This document shows, piece after piece, positions 48,681 to 60,980 of a stretch of DNA of 64,000 nt. Origin of the DNA: Octopus sinensis (taxonomy: Eukaryota); the NCBI RefSeq assembly GCF_006345805.1, contig NC_043016.1:13702001-13766000 (forward strand), read 5' to 3'. The translations under genes were made by a program, and so were the position numbers. The notes below the pieces were generated by a model that searched no databases, had not been told where the DNA came from, and worked only from the letters and a program-made list of their open reading frames with translations. Numbering within the stretch: position 1 is the first letter of the stretch; each line of letters starts with the position of its first letter.

Positions 48681-48970
48681 GCACCTATATACATACATAC
48701 ATATATACATATATATATTGAATCCAAATAAGAAAAGACAATAACGCAAGGACATGGTACAAGCACTGTATTATCAGACGCTCAGGAAAAGAAGGAAAGA
48801 AGAGCAGAAGCAATGAGAGTGACTCAAGGGTTGAGAGCTTTGTGTTTGCTAAGTGCCAACATGAGTCACTCAGTTGCTTCTGTTGAATATTAATATCGTA
48901 TTAATACAGATATACACACACACTAACAGAGATACCCGGCATTGTTCAGGATTAAAATGGCCGTTTTTTT

Positions 48971-49255
48971 TATTCTTTTGTTTCAGCAATGTGACTGTGG
49001 CCATGCTGGAGCTACTGCCTTTAGTTGAACAAATCAACCCCAGGATCTATTCTTTGTAAGCCTAGTACTTATTTTATTGGTGTCTCTTGCTGAACCGCTA
49101 AGTTAAGGGGACATAAACACCACCAACCTCAGTTGTCAAGTGATGGTGGGGGTACAAACACAGACACACAGAGACAAATATACACACATATATGAATCTC
49201 AGTTTCCATGTATGAAATCCACTTACAAGGCTTTGGCTGGCATAGGGCTATAGTG
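48971..49255 (-). mobile_element. SINE family A, partial
   Basis: TGTTTCAG...GCCATGCTGGAGC...GAACCGCTAAGTTAAGGGGACATAAACAC. Confidence 0.75.
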
Positions 49256-49499
49256 TATATATACACACGTACATATATGTATATATAGATAGATTAAGCA
49301 CATGTATTAAATGTTAATTTAAGGATTAATATGTAACTGTAAATACCTTGCACCGTTGCAACTGTTATGATAATTATTAACTGCTAAATGAATGGCAAAT
49401 GTGTAAAATAAGATGGTCTTAGTGTTATCATATTAGAATAAAAGCAAAACTATTAAAAGTGAAATAATAAAAGTGAAACAATATTATATCACATTACAA

Positions 49500-49708
49500 T
49501 AGAGATGTCATTGTTTCATTTTCGACACATAATAACGAAACAGTCTAAGAGATTGTTCCGGGGCTCGCATTAGGCAAAAAGTTGGAAAATTTTTTGGTCC
49601 ATGACACTCTATGGCCCCTAAGTAATGCATGTGTAAAATCTGAATGAAATCGGTTGGGTAGTTCTCGAGTTTTATTGATGCACACATACAGACACACACA
49701 CATTTAGA
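49500..49708 (-). mobile_element. Possible 5' part of another Helitron-like non-autonomous repeat
   Basis: Minus strand A|TCTAAATGTGTGTGTGTCTGTATGTG...AACTCGAGAACTACCCAACCGATTTCATTCAGATTTT; no 3' end recognised. Confidence 0.35.
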
Positions 49709-50384
49709 TCTTTTGCCCAATAGCTCCTTGTCAAGTCTAACTCCCCCTCCCTGTTTTTCTTACTCTCTTAACTCCCTATCACTTATCTCTCTTACACTCA
49801 ACTCTTCATCAATCATTTCCCCACAACACACTCTCACTCATGTTATTCTGACAGTATAACTAAAGAAGGAACTACCCAATACACTCTATCATCAGCTTGT
49901 TGTAATTGAGCCACTTGCAACTGACATCCTTCAACAACTCTTGCCATTATCCATTTCCGAGTCTATTACTATTCCTCACTCTGTCTTCCCAGTTACACCC
50001 TTTTATATCTCTCACTCTGTTTCCACTTTCACACCCGTGCAGCCTTCACTCATCCACCCTGATTCTTCTGTCATTGCTCTTTTTTCTCTACACATTCTCA
50101 CTCATATCTTCTTGAGCAAAGGAGACATTGATGCCATGATAAAATTCACTCAATACATATTCAGTAAAGTGGTTGGCGATTGGCGATGGAGGGGGTCCAT
50201 AGAAACCATTTTAAAGATGAAATGATGGTAAGACAAAAGCTACAGAAAAGAGACGACTTGAAATGACACAGCAAATCCAATGCATTGAGGTAGACATAAT
50301 CATAATGACGATGATGTGTGTAGTATCAATACACAACAAACACAAAGGTACTCCACTGGTTACAATGACAAGAGTTTCAGTTGA

Positions 50385-50616
50385 TTATTTCTTTATTGCC
50401 CACAAGGGGCTAAACAAGGGGAAAAACAAGGGCAGACAAAGGGATTAAGTGGATTACATTGACCCCAGTGCGTAGCTGGTACTTATTTAATCGACCCTGA
50501 AAGGATGAAAGGCAAAGTCAACCTTGGCGGAACTTGAACTCAGAATGTAACAGCAGATGAAATACCGCTAAGCATTTCGGCTGGCGTGCTAACGTTTCTG
50601 CCTTCTTGCTGCCTTC
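50385..50616 (-). mobile_element. tRNA-derived SINE family C
   Basis: Reverse complement: GGCAGAAACGTTAGCACGCCAGCCGAAATGCTTAGCGGTATTTC...TTCTGAGTTCAAGTTCCGCC...CTTTCATCCTTTCAGGGTCGATT. Confidence 0.85.
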
Positions 50617-51659
50617 CACAAAGTTTCTGCCTACCAAAGTTTGCTCATAAGACACTGTTTGGCTTGGAAGTTTGATAGGAGACACTTGCCCAAGGTTCTG
50701 TGAGGTAGGATTGAACACAAAATTGGGTTGGGTTTTTGGACTTCTTAAATACACCAAGTGTTACCTACTGGACAATATAGCAGTCGAGAGTCACCAGAGT
50801 ACATACATACATATGACCATGTATACACATACACACACACATGATTAATGTTTGTATTCAAGCACATATATATTTGTCTAAACAGATAACATTAGAAAGG
50901 TGGAAAGAATGTAAAAGGTCCCATTCTCTTATGACACTGCTATGGAACACAAACAATAAATGCTTACTTATAAAAACAAAATTCTATGAAATAAAATAAA
51001 ACAACTACTTTATCCTATTACCCTCAAAACATTCCTTCCAGTATTACACTAACCTATCCAACATCATGTGTCATGTAAATATAATTGTTTTGACACATTG
51101 CCTCATTATAATGGAACATTCTTTTTTTTTGTTGTTGTACAAAGATATTACAATTAAAAGGAAACTGTTCTATTGACAAGACAAATTTTATTCTTATTGT
51201 TGGTTTTAACAAGAGCAGAATATTTGTATTTGACTACAGGAATATATTACACATTTGTTTGTGAACCGATGGTATACTTTTTAAATAAACTCTATGCTTG
51301 ATGACAAAGAGCTGCTAATAATAATTTAGGAAATAGCCCAGTGATGCTATCAGTTTCATATTATCACATGATCATGTTTTCATAATGCATTTGCTCAAAG
51401 CTACAAAGATGCTAGGATCTTCTTCCGGAAATTTTTCAGACATTCCAATCACAAATGAATAAAAGAAAGACTAAGTTAAATCTAAGGCCAATGAATGGCC
51501 AATGTGGTAAGTAACAATAAAATACCACAATTTGATTCAACAAATTATAATGAATCAGTTAACAAATAAGGCTTCTATTATTACCACATATTCAACTTTT
51601 ACGTGAGTTTTTACCATGTTGTGTTAGAATGTTTCTGCTATTTTAAAGACATTTGGCAA

Positions 51660-52181
51660 ATATGAGCAACATGCCTTCATCAAATTTTGCATGAAGCTTG
51701 GAAAATCTGGTACTAAGACCCTTGAAATGGTCTGTCAAGGCTTTGGTAAAATATTCTTTAGGTCTAACACAAGTGATATATTTCAATGCTGAGTACTGGT
51801 TCCAGATGATGAGTGCACAGAGAAATTAAATTACAAAAAGTATAAAATTGTATGGAAACATTCCACAACAAATGTTGATGAATCCATCAACTCTTTAACA
51901 GTTGTGGAATCTTTCAAGAGACTATCAAGGAAAACTTGACCTTGCATCATGTTGCTGTTTACTTGGTGCTGTATACTCTGACTATTCCTCCCTCTGTGAT
52001 CTCAGTATTTCCCAAAATGCTATTGAATCTGAAGGGGTGCCACTTCAAGACAATAGATGAAATTCAAAAGGACTTGCAGGTAGTATAGCAAAGAAGATTT
52101 CCATTGCTTTTGAGACATGCAAGATGTGCACACTGGGATCGCTGTGTACCTTCTCAAAATGACTACTCTGAGGAGTTAGCA
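51660..52181 (+). mobile_element. Internally deleted mariner transposase relic
   Basis: From 51664 EQHAFIKFCMKLGKSGTKTLEMVCQGFG (mariner N-terminal HTH); later FPKMLLNLKGCHFKTIDEIQ and HWDRCVPSQNDYSE (mariner C-terminus, WxxCxxxxGxYFE type). Confidence 0.8.
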
Positions 52182-52573
52182 TCTACTATAATAATACTTG
52201 TGTACATTTCTGTCACAACATATGAATGAGAAAGGAAGGGGTGACAGATGAACAAGGAAGGAAGGGGTGATGGCAAACTTGGTAGTGGGACGATGAGAGT
52301 TCTATGAGGGGAAAAAAAAATCAAACAGCATTTCAATTCTGTGTGAGTATATGTGTGTGTATGTAAAAGGGAGGTGTGTGAATGTTTGTGTGTATATGTG
52401 TGCAATAGAAGTGGGATGGTGAACATTCAGTGATGAAAAGAAAAATCAAACAGCGTTTCAACTCTGTGTGAACTTTTATGTGTATGTGAATTTTTGTATC
52501 TGTGATTATTATGTATCTCATTTATATATAAAATACAATTAGCCATCATTTTTGACAGCACGGAGTCAGCTAG
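52182..52573 (+). mobile_element. Non-autonomous Helitron-type element, same family as 2635-2923
   Basis: A|TCTACTATAATAAT 5' end; decayed hairpin GCCATCA-TTTT-TGACAGC; CTAG|T at 52570-52574; the 3' ~130 bp is similar to the 2635 copy. Confidence 0.7.
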
Positions 52574-55068
52574 TTGAAATATAAATAACATGAGGTACAT
52601 TATTTATTTGAGTACTAGTGTACTTTTTTTTCCTGCAGGTCTGGTTTGGGAAGATTCTAATAACAGGCCTCACACGTGGGGAGATAAAGCTATAGTTGTT
52701 CAAACTCAACATCAGCTACATTATCACTCAACTAAGAGAACATATAAAGGTTTGAAGAAACATGTGCAAGTAAACACAAATGAAAACTAATGGAAAGCAT
52801 TAATGCCCAATGGTTCCTTCTACACAGGCATCTCATTAGTAAATAGACACCCACCCCCATATACTGGTTTTATCTGTGCAGACACTCCTCATTAGAAGGA
52901 TGCCCAAACGGGTTAAATTACTAAAAACTGCACATGGCATGTCTACTAAATACTAGATTAAGTATTTAGATGCATCAAATGACATTATTTGGTTTCTAGG
53001 AACAAATCTTTTAAAAAAAAGTGTCTAATTACTTTTGAGATATCTGTATATATTTTAGAGAAAGCCAAGAACTCAAATTGAACATACCTTTCAAAGAAGT
53101 GTGCATATTCAAATTGAATATATACACCTCTTCAAAAGGTGTGTACATTTTTATCTAGATATATCAAATCACAACATTCTTGCTGGCAAAGATCTAACAA
53201 AACAAGAATGTTATTTGTGCAGGTAGTTTCATAAACGTACTTTCATTAAGCTTCTATGCTAAAGACACTAAGCCAATTAATCAGGACTTAATTCAGCATA
53301 ATAACTTAAATAACCTGAAAATGACTAAACTTATTTAACATCATCAATTTAATAATGTAAGTGGATACAATAAATAGGATTATTATCATAACTTCCCATT
53401 CCATTTCTGTGAATTCAGATAAAAACTATTGCTTTTATCATTCAAAAGATTTATTAACTCTTAACGGCGAGTAGGACATGAATACGCCCGACACAGCATA
53501 CAAATTGTCAGTTGTAGACTGTCTGAAACTGCTCCAATCAAAAACACTCTAGTTGACATGTTTTAAAGCAAATAACGAACTCTCTAATCTGAAGGAGTAA
53601 AACTTTAACTCCTTCCTCATTTATTTACATTCTAGAACATTTGCTATAAAAAAACAATCAATGCATGTATTCCTGAATTTTTGGAGTTTATTTTTTACCG
53701 AAACTATCATGCATTTTAACCAGGGCATGTTGTTTCTGAAGGAAGCAACTCAGCTTACCTGTAAATTTCATGAGAAAGGTGCAAAAATGCCAAGGGGCAA
53801 ACATTTTCGGTTGTGATATTTGCATATCAAAGTCTGCTAATTAGTGCATTTAATTCATTACAAACATCTTTTATTTATTACTGTATGTTTTTTTTTAATA
53901 TTTATTATTTGTATACTAAATTAACAAACACACATGTACAGCTTTATTTTTAGTACAAATGAATTTGCTTTTTTAGGATAAAACCAATCTTCACAACAGT
54001 CTAATCACAATTAAATTTGTTATAAGCATTTGAATAAACCCAATTAGGTTTTTCTGCTCAGTCTTTACAAGGACAAGCATTTGACTTGGGAAATGTCCAC
54101 GAGGCTAATTTCTCTATGACTGGATGCTCCTCCCTTCCAGTTGCTAACCCTCATCTGTTTCCATGTAAGGTAATATTTTTACATGACCAGACATGTTTTT
54201 ATGGAAGATTTGAAACAAAGGATACCACTTGCAAGACAGTGACGCTTATCTACAAATGTCATGTCATGTCAAGGAGACAGCAACACACAGGCTTCTTTCA
54301 GTTTCCATTGATCAAATCTATTCATCAGGTTTTGGTCAGACCAAGGCTATTATACAAGACTCTGGCACAAAGGTGTCATGACTGTGCATAACGAGATGCT
54401 CACAAACACATTTTGTTCATTTAGTTAACATTTGTTCTTTCATGCTGTTATTGGTTCAATGAATATTGCACAGAGACATTGTCTTACAGCCGAATGCCCG
54501 CCATGCTGCTCACTCATACCTATTTTTCAAGTACACAAGACATCACAGTTCGTGGCTCTTTGAAGGTTTCAAAGCCAGCAGGAGAAATGACAACATAGTC
54601 ATTTGTAGCTCTTGATTTGTCAGAGAAGCATAAATGTAAACAAACAGACCCAATAGCCAGTGTGCATGAACATGCTTGCATACAACAAACCTCTATCAGT
54701 TTGTCTGCTATATCCATTCATAAAGTTTCAATTTGCCCAAAGCTACACCCAAGATGCCACACAGTGGGAATGAACCTGAAACTATGGTTGTGAAATATAT
54801 TTCTTCCCCACATAACAATGCTTGTACGGTTAAGAAGTGTATGCACACTCACTAACTGACACACAGACTTATGCATATATGTTTATACTATTGAAATATT
54901 AATATCTACATAAATGCAAGAGAAGATATGGAATGATGAGGCATAAGGGGAGCAAAGCAAGTTACACTCATAATTTTGAAAATTACATAAAATTGATGAT
55001 ACAATAAATTTGGGTGTTTGTTTTTAGAGAACTGTGTGTCAGCTTGTTCTCTTTGTTGGTTTTGTTGT

Positions 55069-55278
55069 TTAACCTTTCAGCATTTAAACTGGCCACATCT
55101 AGCCCAAATATATTACGTTCAAACTGGCTTCTCATACCTACGCTGCAATGTCATTCTAAAACTAAACAACAGCATTGTCAAAATCTCCAAGCTAATAAGA
55201 TAATGCACAATTAATTGAAAACAGTGCAAATAAATAAGCCTTACTTTTGACAGAATAATGTGAATGCTGAAGGGTTAA
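55069..55278. mobile_element. piggyBac-type MITE, second family
   Basis: TTAA-CCTTTCAGCATT...AATGCTGAAGGG-TTAA. Confidence 0.8.
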
Positions 55279-55439
55279 AAATAATGGCTTTTGTAGGATG
55301 TTAGAAATAACCTTGAATGAAATTCTTCTATTTTGAGGTTTCTGAATGTCAGATTTGATTTATTTAAAAAAAAAAAACAAACTTGCCAGCACAAGTGCTT
55401 GTCTAATTGTACACATGATGAAATATTTAAATGTCAAAA

Positions 55440-56107
55440 TGCAGTGTTTAGTCAGAAATCAAATTTCTCTGTGTTCAGTTTTTCTCTCAACTGTCATTCG
55501 TGAACATTTACACTGCATGTCCAAAGGAGCATGGTGGACTTATTTCTTTCACCTTCTCAAACCTTCTGAATTCAAGGCCCATGTCTCACTACCATGCAGC
55601 ATCACTGTTTTAACACATGTGTCATACAATCTGCCCTTCCCTTTCAGATAAAAGACTTTCATTACCCAGCAGCAGTAGCTTCCTGAACTTTTCCCCACCC
55701 ATTCTAATTCTGGCAACTATAATTTCAGAGCAACAACCTTCCTTGCTAATTACATCTCTTACATAACAAAAGCTATCAAATACTAGTGAGCTATTTGGAT
55801 GTTTGAGAGGATCTATTTCTGTTTTAGTGCATCTATTACATATCAAACTTTCTCCTTTAGTCTGCCAGTGATTCTGCTACATCTCTTGTGTACCTAAAGT
55901 TTACATTGGATACTATGTATGGAGTTTATACATACACTTTTTTCTGAACACTGAGCAAAGTAGATAGCAGGATCCTATTTTCTTTCTCACATACTAAAAA
56001 CTTAGTCTTCTTATGCTTCACCTTAGCCAAGTATACCTGTGGCATAGCTAGTCTTCTAGCCATTTAACAATGGTCCTACTTCTAAAACTTTTGTCTTTGC
56101 TAAGCTT
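55440..56107 (-). mobile_element. Degenerate RTE-clade LINE ORF fragment
   Basis: ORF 55622-55846 DSFCYVRDVISKEGCCSEIIVARIRMGGEKFRKLLLL resembles RTE DSFxYLGDxxSxGGGCSESVxARIRIxWxKFRELL; upstream LSLAKTKVL. Confidence 0.7.
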
Positions 56108-56390
56108 AGTTTAATGTCTGCTTTCCATGCTGGTATGGGTTGACTGAAAACTTGTAAGCTGGAGAGCTGCACCAGATTCCAATCTGATTTGGCAAATTTC
56201 TATGGCTGAATGCCCTTCCTAATGCCAACCATGCCAAGATTGTAGTGGGTGCTTTTTTACGTGCCATTGATGTAACACCACAGCATTGGCCATGACTACA
56301 ATCTCACTTGGCTTGACAGATCTACACAAGCACAGTGTATAGCCAAAGGTCTCAGCCACTTGTCACTGCCTCTGCAAGGCCCAACGACTT
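56108..56390 (-). mobile_element. Family B including a remnant of the RTE ORF C-terminus
   Basis: Family B body; the minus strand at about 56390-56300 reads SLGLAEAVTSG*DLWLYTVLV*ICQAK*. Confidence 0.75.
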
Positions 56391-56489
56391 ATTTTTTTTT
56401 CCACAAGTATTTCTGCATCTTTCTTATCAAGGTAAGCTGAGATACTCCCTTCAGAAACAATATGCCCAGGTATACATGATGATGATGAT

Positions 56490-56657
56490 CATCATCATCG
56501 TTTAATGTCCGCTTTCCATGCTAGCATAGGTTGGACGATTTTGACTGAGGGCTGGCGAACCAGTTGGTTGCACCAGGCCCAGTCTGATCTGGCAGTGTTT
56601 CTACGGCTGGATGCCCTTCCTAACGCCAACCACTCCATGAGTGTAGTGGGTGCTTTT
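56490..56657 (-). mobile_element. Family B, well preserved, 5'-truncated
   Basis: (CAT)n CGTTTAATGTCCGCTTTCCATGCTAGC...TGCCCTTCCTAACGCCAACCAC. Confidence 0.85.
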
Positions 56658-57230
56658 CAATAAACAGACATATAGACTACTATTGAAATTGAGTCACTAA
56701 TTAACATTTGCCAATAATTAATCATTCTCCAGTATATGTAGCACATTGTATACTTTGCTATTTGATCTTTATATACAGCCCAAGTAAAATACACCAATTT
56801 ATAAATTGGCCCTAAGCAGATAAATCCATCGAATTGTAGTCTCTAGATTTTGGCCTATGATGAAAATGCGTAATTACAATTCTTCTCTTTGTCAACCCTG
56901 TGTGCCTCTTTGTAGACTTGTTATGTCTGGAGGTGTTTACTGATATCTTTTCTGTTTGTTTGTCTTATTTTTAACTTTACATGTGTTTTGTACTTATAAG
57001 CACAAATGATTTCTAAGACTAAGACCAAGTTATATTTCTTTCATTTTGCACTCAACATAATGCTTTAGCATTAGCTTGAATCCATCTTGTAAGAGTTCAA
57101 CAGTGATATTCTGTTACATATATATTACTGTAACTGTTTTGTGGCTTTTGTATAAATTAAAATTTAGCTTGATAAATTGCAGAAGGCTGCAATCAATGAC
57201 TAAGCAGGCTACAGGTTCCCCACTCCTATC

Positions 57231-57453
57231 TTAACTCTTTAGCATTTAAACAGGCCCAGATCTGGCCCAAATAATCTACCTTTTTTTAATATTCAAACCA
57301 GCTACATTCAGCCTCTCACAACTACCCTACAATGTCATTCTAAAAACATACCATTACAGCATTGAGATCCTGAAGCTATCATGATTAATTCAAAACAATG
57401 TGAATAAATAAGCATTACGTTTGACAGAATAATTATGAATGCTAAAGGGTTAA
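57231..57453. mobile_element. piggyBac-type MITE, second family
   Basis: TTAA-CTCTTTAGCATT...AATGCTAAAGGG-TTAA; internally similar to the 55069 copy. Confidence 0.8.
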
Positions 57454-57727
57454 TCAAATTAACACTCAACAAATGCTTTACTTGACAATCAAAATGGTAT
57501 TTACGTCCCCCGATGATTAATTTGCAAGTGAAGAGAATATAAAGAAATCATTACAACCCAACACATATATTTATATATAATCCTCAGTTGATATTTTGGC
57601 ATCAAAAATGCCATGCTCGTGTCTAAAAAAAAATATACAAACTGCAAATAAAAGACAAAACTAGTAATAATGGGATATTAAATGTAACTCCATTATCCAG
57701 TTTCAGCATCTTTTGTCTGTAGGTTTC

Positions 57728-57980
57728 TGTTACATGAAAATGTCTAAACTGGCTTTCAGGCAGAAATTGCTCCACAGAGACAAATGCCATTTACATGCTG
57801 TTATTACAGTTTTTCTTACTAGATCTTTCTAACAAAGGCCACCGAGTGAACCGGTTCCTTGTAACTCCTCTCTTTCTTCCTCTCCCTCACACTAACACTG
57901 TTGTTGTGTAAATAAATCTGTAATTCTTTCTCTTATATTTTTCTTTATTTTTGCTCACATAAGCCGTTGTGATGGTAACA
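57728..57980 (+). mobile_element. Candidate solo LTR
   Basis: Starts TGTTAC, ends GTAACA, AATAAA at 57911-57916; the flanks match at only 3 of 5 bases. Confidence 0.3.
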
Positions 57981-58142
57981 GATTTGTAATATATTCATAT
58001 CTATCTGCCCTCTACCCCCAAAACTCCAATCCCAGTGGATAATTAGTAATTGAATAAGTGCAAATTACTGAATAATTTGCAATTTCACAGTATACATACA
58101 TATATATGTATATGAGAGTGCATATATATATATATACACACA

Positions 58143-58340
58143 CACTTTCTTTTACTTGTTTCAGTCATTTGACTGCAGCCATGCTGGAGCACTGTCTTTA
58201 GTCAAGGAAATCGACTCCAAGACTTATTATTTGTAAGCCTAGTACTTATTCTATTGGTCTCCTTTGCCAAACTGCTAAGTTACAGGGACGTAAACACACC
58301 AGCATTGGTTGTCAAGCGATATTGTGGGAGTACAAACATA

Positions 58341-58389
<49 letters not shown>

Positions 58390-58533
58390 GTCAGGCTTCA
58401 TTCAGTTTCCGTCTACCAAATCTACTCACAAGGCTTTGGTCAGCCCAAAGCTATAGTAGAAGGCCCAAGATACCATACTGTCTGAACATGGAACCATGTG
58501 GTTGGTAAGCAAGCTACTTACCACACAGCCACT

Positions 58534-58536
<3 letters not shown>
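58143..58536 (-). mobile_element. SINE family A, near full length
   Basis: Tail TTTTACTTGTTTCAGTCATTTGACTGC to head ACCACACAGCCACTCCT. Confidence 0.85.
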
Positions 58537-58569
<33 letters not shown>

Positions 58570-58991
58570 AGTGGCTGTGTGGTATATATATATATATATA
58601 TATGACTATCTATACACACAATTTGTGAAGCAATTGCAAATAATGTGTGTGTGTGTGTGTACATACGTGCACACAAATACACACACATTAATATGTATTA
58701 GACCTTGTTTATCTGAAAAACTGATTTGATTGCAGACAAAGGAAACCATGCTAAACCTAATCACAAGGATGCTTAAATCCTCATCAGATAATCTGAAATT
58801 CAGATAAGCGAGTTCAGATAACAGAGGATTGATTGCATATGTGGATGTGTATATTCTCTCCAATTCTAATTATTTAAAGTCTTCTTGGTTTCTAACCAAG
58901 ATAGAAAGCTTCACTGTAATGTAGATAAGAAAAACAATGTGACACTTTAAACTTGGGAAAAGTCTTGCATATTTTTAAAACTGTTTCACTT

Positions 58992-59216
58992 CATCATCAT
59001 CATCATTTAACGTCCGTTCTCCATGCTAGCATGGGTTGGACGGTTCGACCGGGGATCTGGGAAGCCAGAAGGCTGCACCAGGCTCCAGTCTTATCTGGCA
59101 ATGTTTCTACAGCTGGATGCCCTTCCTAACGCCAACCACTCCGTGAGTGTAGTGGGTGCTTTTTACGTGCTACCGACACGGAAGCCAGTCAAGGCGGCGC
59201 TGGCATTGGCCACAAT
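58992..59216 (-). mobile_element. Family B, well preserved
   Basis: (CAT)n TTAACGTCCGTTCTCCATGCTAGC...GGTGCTTTTTACGTGC. Confidence 0.85.
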
Positions 59217-59299
59217 GATTTTAATTGTAATGTGTGGGTTAGCTGGTTGATTTAATTTTCTGAAACCTCTGTTCTTCCAGAAGGCATTTACTTAACCAA

Positions 59300-60670
59300 G
59301 TGTACTAATTATTATTGGTCTCGTAAATGTGAATTTTCAACCTGGATATAGAAGCTGGAGGTTTCAAAGCAATTAGTCCATTGTTATCCTTTCTCTTTGA
59401 TTTTAGAAGAGATATTCACATCAGTAGGGCAGCTGATCTCTGTGATAATACATATTTTTTATTTGTCTGTCTGAGACAATGATGTTTAACCTACCATGTT
59501 TGCACTTGGTAGAAGTTTTGATGGGAATGTTTCATCAATATTCCTTATAGTTTTATGTATTCAAATACTGGAGGATGCTCTAATTATCCTAGGACAGTGT
59601 TTTTTTCTTCAAACATTGTTTTAGCAACAATGGGAAGTAGTATTTTAATGGCATTTTTTGGCTACCGCTGATCATGTGTGTAATGTCTCCCACAGAAATG
59701 TGACATAATTGATATTTTCAGTTACATTTTGTTTATTAGGTATTTCATAGCTTTGGAAGTGTGATGTAGTGATCATAAGTCCAAGAGAAGCTGCACTCCA
59801 TGTCTTTGGGAAATATACCCATGCATATTCTTCTTTTGGTATGATGAGAATTTCACATCCAGAGCCTTCCCTGAGGTATTTTAGTTTAGCTGTTTCGGAG
59901 TCACAGGGGAAGTTTATAAGAAAGAAAGAGCTTCCTGTGGACAAGTAGGATGTTCTCCTCTTTGCTTTTCAGCAGTATGTTTATATATCTATATTTGTTG
60001 CTGTTGTTTAGCAAGTACTGTCTCAGAGAGAGTATACAACATTCAAAAGCTGTCTGCACTGGTCTCTAACCTCTCTACCTCCTCCATCTCTTTTTATGTA
60101 GATTCTGTTGATATCACTGTTCCTGTGTAAGTTTCCAGTTTATTTCTGGATCTTGTGGGTTTTAATGTCTATGGAGTGGAATTTCTTTACAGACCAGTCA
60201 AATATCCCAAATGTTGATATTAGCACTGGTACTGCAAATGCATCTTGTTGTAAAGGAAAGTTCAAACTGCCATATTTTTCTAAGTAATATTCTCAGCATC
60301 TTTGTATGGAACACGAGGTATAGAGAGAATTTTGATTCACATATTTGGGTTTGAGGCACTGATTTCGTACATTCAACAATTAAATGCAAACACTTCTTTT
60401 GGCCAAATTCCATGCCTATGTCAGCCAAAAAATGTTTTTATTAACTCCAGCTTTTTCTTGGCATTGTAAACATTTCTAGAATACATCTTCAAGTCATCTA
60501 CAAAGTTATGGATTGCATTGGTATCTTTAGAAGTTGTAGACTCTAGCATGTAGCCACTGAAGTTTTGTAAAATAACAATGGACTTAATACAAAAATAAAT
60601 GGAATTTTAGAAAGGTTACCTCTTTGGAATATTTCCTTTGAAATATTTATAACATCAGAGAAAATCATTC
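59300..60670 (-). mobile_element. R4/Dong-like (restriction-like-endonuclease clade) non-LTR retrotransposon RT relic
   Basis: The minus strand reads KEIFQRGNLSKIPFIFVLSPL, HNFVDDLKMYSRN (FVDD at 60504-60493), a frameshift, then ADIGMEFGQKKC and ...RKIWQFELS; this is the motif order of R4-clade RT. Confidence 0.75.
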
Positions 60671-60689
60671 TGTCACACATATATATGAG

Positions 60690-60980
60690 TGAAGGTGCAA
60701 AGCTTATTTGGCTCACAATCTTAAGGTCATGAGTTCAATTCCCGGCAGCTGTGTTGAGCAAGACACTTTATTTCACTTTATTGCTCCAGTCCACTCAGCT
60801 GGCAAGAATGCGTTGTACCTGTAATTCAAAGGGTCAGCCTCGTCACACTCTGTGTAACGCTGAATCTCCCTGAAAACTATGTTAAGGATACACATGTGTC
60901 TGGAGTACTCATCCACGTGCACAATAGTTTCATGAGTTCAGTGAATCGACTGAAACACTCGTAACCAATGGAGTCCTAGT
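60690..60980 (+). mobile_element. Further tRNA-derived SINE (family D)
   Basis: B box GAGTTCAATTCCC followed by TGAGCAAGACACTTTATTTCAC...TGCTCCAGTCCACTCAGCTG, a CORE-like central domain (recalled, not aligned). Confidence 0.55.
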
